Shown one piece after another: positions 9,503 to 11,272 of a stretch of 11,272 nucleotides of DNA. The position numbers and the translations under genes are program-made. Each line of letters begins with the position of its first letter. The stretch's first letter is position 1. A model generated the notes under the pieces. It had not been told where the DNA came from. It worked only from the letters and a program-made list of their open reading frames with translations, and did not search any database. The stretch is from a virus (Duplodnaviria > Heunggongvirae > Uroviricota > Caudoviricetes). The stretch lies in the IMG/VR virus record IMGVR_UViG_2690316311_000002, one strand, 5' to 3'.

Positions 9503-9988
9503 CTACCTGATATTACTGCTACTGTTGCATGTTACCGTGTTTCCAAATCCTGAATTGCAGTTTGTATATGTGTCAACGCGTGTTGGGTAAGGTTGAGTTA
9601 TAACAGGCTGGCGCGCTTTTTGCTCGATCGCTTGCATTGTGTTTACAGCCTGATAATTCAATAAAGCCTGCTGGAATGCTTGGCTTTGTGCTATTTGTTG
9701 GGCTTGTTCTTGGCTTTGTAATTGAACATAAAGATTCTGAAGCTCAAGTCTTGCCTGTGCGTCACTTATCTTGCCTTCATCGACACCTTTCCCGAGCATC
9801 TTTGCAGCAAGGACATACAGCTTAGGTGTTGGTGCTGATGCCATGCGTGAGTCGTTCTTCACACTGGCATCAAGGCAATTAGCCATATCGCTAAGCTTTT
9901 GATAGCGTTGTTCGCAACTTGCTTGATAGTCACTTACTTTTGCGCATCCAACCAGCAGAAACGGGATAATTAACAGTGATTTTTTCAT
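9503..9988 (-). CDS. Predicted outer-membrane lipoprotein, uncharacterised accessory gene (candidate superinfection-exclusion or lysogenic-conversion factor)
   Basis: Start chosen at the internal ATG (9988..9986) rather than the track's upstream ATG, because AAGGAG lies about 10 nt upstream and the product then begins MKKSLLIIPFLLVGC: a basic n-region, hydrophobic core and lipobox L-V-G-C (signal peptidase II type). Residue +2 after the lipid Cys is Ala, not Asp, implying Lol sorting to the outer membrane in E. coli-type hosts. The mature part has a Gln-rich helical segment and four further Cys. Opposite strand to all structural genes. Confidence 0.7.
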   Translation of the reverse strand: MKKSLLIIPFLLVGCAKVSDYQASCEQRYQKLSDMANCLDASVKNDSRMASAPTPKLYVLAAKMLGKGVDEGKISDAQARLELQNLYVQLQSQEQAQQIAQSQAFQQALLNYQAVNTMQAIEQKARQPVITQPYPTRVDTYTNCNSGFGNTVTCNSSSNIR

Positions 9989-10058
9989 ATGGTTAACTCT
10001 CCTTAGTTTTTCACAGGATATCATGAAGGCAATGCCATTTTAGCCGGAAACTAGATTT

Positions 10059-10325
10059 CTATGTTTCCTTTTTATTATTGCTATACATGGTCTTAAGCGT
10101 TTCAAAAACCATTTTCTTAACCATATCAGATTGTTGTTCTGCCATACGCTCTGCATCATCAATGTAAACGGATGCAGAGCTTTGTTTAGCCAACGATTCT
10201 TCAATCGCTGCAATTATCTCTGAGTTCAGCGACCTGTTATTCATCTTCGCGCGCTGTTTAATTTTCGCGTGGAGTTCATGCGGAAGTCTCAAGTGAAACT
10301 GCGCCTCGTCGTATTTGCTGTACAT
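10059..10325 (-). CDS. mnt: Mnt-like ribbon-helix-helix transcriptional repressor (Arc/MetJ superfamily)
   Basis: Translation from the ATG at 10325..10323 gives MYSKYDEAQFHLRLPHELHAKIKQRAKMNNRSLNSEIIAAIEESL...DDAERMAEQQSDMVKKMVFETLKTMY, which aligns with P22 Mnt as I recall it (...FNFRMPMEVREKLKFRAEANGRSMNSELLQIVQDAL...DAERLADEQSELVKKMVFDTLKDLY). GAGG lies 8 nt upstream of this ATG; the track's longer start (10358) has no RBS and adds 11 residues absent from Mnt. Confidence 0.85.
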   Translation of the reverse strand: MYSKYDEAQFHLRLPHELHAKIKQRAKMNNRSLNSEIIAAIEESLAKQSSASVYIDDAERMAEQQSDMVKKMVFETLKTMYSNNKKET

Positions 10326-10446
10326 CCTTGATGCCTCACCAGTTGGGTGGAATGGCATCGTAACCTACTGGATAAATACTCAATAGTACCATTTCGGTAT
10401 GCAATCACATCATGGTTGCATCATATCATTCTTCTGGAGCAATGAA
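10326..10446. promoter_or_regulatory. Divergent intergenic region between mnt (leftward) and tailspike (rightward); presumed promoter/operator region
   Basis: 121-bp AT-rich spacer between divergent starts. Contains inverted repeats GATGCC-N18-GGCATC (10330..10359) and ATGCAA-N11-TTGCAT (10399..10421) and the tailspike RBS GGAG (10436..10439). No convincing sigma-70 -35/-10 pair could be fixed by eye, so exact promoter positions are not called. Confidence 0.4.
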
Positions 10447-11272
10447 ATGTCAGATATCACCGCAAATGTTGTGGTCAGCATGCCTTCGCAACTCTTCACT
10501 ATGTCTCGCTCTTTTAAAGCCGTAGCCAATGGAAAAATTTATATCGGTAAAATTGACACTGACCCGGTAAATCCAGAAAACCAGATTCAGGTTTATGTGG
10601 AAAACGAAGACGGTTCTCACGTTCCTGTTTCGCAACCAATCATCATTAACGCTGCTGGTTACCCTGTATATAACGGACAGATTGCCAAGTTCGTAACTGT
10701 GCAAGGCCATTCTATGGCTGTTTATGATGCATACGGTGCGCAGCAGTTCTATTTTCCGAATGTGCTAAAGTATGATCCAGATCAGTTTAAGGGCAATCTC
10801 CTGAGCGAAGATCACTCACTTGGCGACTCTCTAGTCATGCATAACCCACAGTTTGTCGATAGCACATCGACCATTCTCTCAAAAAAGCTAACTATCGACC
10901 TGAGGACGCTTACAGACTACGGGTTTGCTGAGGGAAACACCGGTGCTCAGAACAAAGCTGCATTTCAGAAGGCTATTGATGATGCTACGTTGCCAACTGA
11001 GATTGTTATACCAGAGGGGGCGTTCATTGTTGACCCTGGTATTACGATTAAGAATACTGTCACCATGATACGAGGTGCTGGCGCATATCAGTCCAGAATT
11101 TTCTCTACGGGTACAGCGGCACCGATAATCACGCAACAAGATGGGGTAATTACGTTCTGCGAGTTCAGGGACTTTGGTCTTGACGGAAATGGCTACGCAG
11201 CTAACGGCATCAGTCTTACTGAAGCCAACCACATTAAAATAGAAAATATTGACGTGGTTAATACTAATAACA
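10447..11272 (+). CDS. Tailspike protein (P22 gp9-like head-binding domain plus a divergent receptor-binding/catalytic domain), 5' partial, continues past the window
   Basis: Translation from the ATG at 10447 gives [97 protein letters not shown]...[10 protein letters not shown], closely matching the P22 tailspike N-terminus I recall ([59 protein letters not shown]...). GGAG lies 7 nt upstream. Absent from the ORF track only because it has no stop in the window. Confidence 0.9.
   Translation, partial: MSDITANVVVSMPSQLFTMSRSFKAVANGKIYIGKIDTDPVNPENQIQVYVENEDGSHVPVSQPIIINAAGYPVYNGQIAKFVTVQGHSMAVYDAYGAQQFYFPNVLKYDPDQFKGNLLSEDHSLGDSLVMHNPQFVDSTSTILSKKLTIDLRTLTDYGFAEGNTGAQNKAAFQKAIDDATLPTEIVIPEGAFIVDPGITIKNTVTMIRGAGAYQSRIFSTGTAAPIITQQDGVITFCEFRDFGLDGNGYAANGISLTEANHIKIENIDVVNTNN

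Noticed and set aside
9637-9825. Plus-strand ORF 9637..9825 inside the lipoprotein gene
   Set aside because: It is antisense to the better-supported lipoprotein frame (signal peptide, RBS), although late-operon readthrough would transcribe this strand; there is no evidence for translation.
9989-10024. Longer N-terminal extension of the lipoprotein ORF (MISCEKLRRVNH...) from the track
   Set aside because: The internal ATG at 9988 has an AAGGAG Shine-Dalgarno and yields a canonical signal peptide starting MKK; the extension would bury the signal peptide and has no RBS.
10326-10358. Longer start for the Mnt-like ORF (MPFHPTGEASR...)
   Set aside because: No RBS is present, and the extra 11 residues have no counterpart in P22 Mnt, whereas the ATG at 10325 aligns with the Mnt N-terminus and has GAGG upstream.
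10450-11232. Minus-strand ORFs 10450..10710 and 10888..11232
   Set aside because: Both are antisense to the well-supported tailspike reading frame and have no RBS or recognisable features; they are shadow ORFs.
1-11272. CRISPR arrays, tRNA or rRNA genes, attachment sites
   Set aside because: No regularly spaced direct repeats, no tRNA-like cloverleaf candidates and no integrase-adjacent features were seen; the window is almost entirely protein-coding.

Overview
This window reads as the late/structural arm of a P22-like (Sf6-type) prophage from an enterobacterium. On the + strand, in order: a 5'-truncated scaffolding gene, coat protein (423 aa), a small ORF, a gp4-like tail adaptor, a gp10-like protein, a tail needle with a C-terminal knob extension, a gp14-position protein, three ejection proteins (gp7/gp20/gp16-like), and the 5' part of a tailspike gene. 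Gene identities rest on my recall of P22/Sf6 gene order, protein lengths and a few remembered motifs; no database search was possible. Three things stand out. (1) The first 127 nt are the end of an IS3-family insertion sequence in inverse orientation that abuts and truncates the scaffolding gene, so the prophage is probably defective. (2) Between the last ejection gene and the tailspike sits a two-gene minus-strand insertion: an Mnt-like ribbon-helix-helix repressor with no Arc or Ant partner, followed by an uncharacterised predicted outer-membrane lipoprotein. This occupies the position of the P22 immI/sieA region and is my best candidate for an undescribed superinfection-exclusion or lysogenic-conversion module. 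(3) The tailspike keeps the conserved P22-family head-binding domain but switches to a different, pectate-lyase-like domain after about residue 115. No rRNA, tRNA or CRISPR features were seen.
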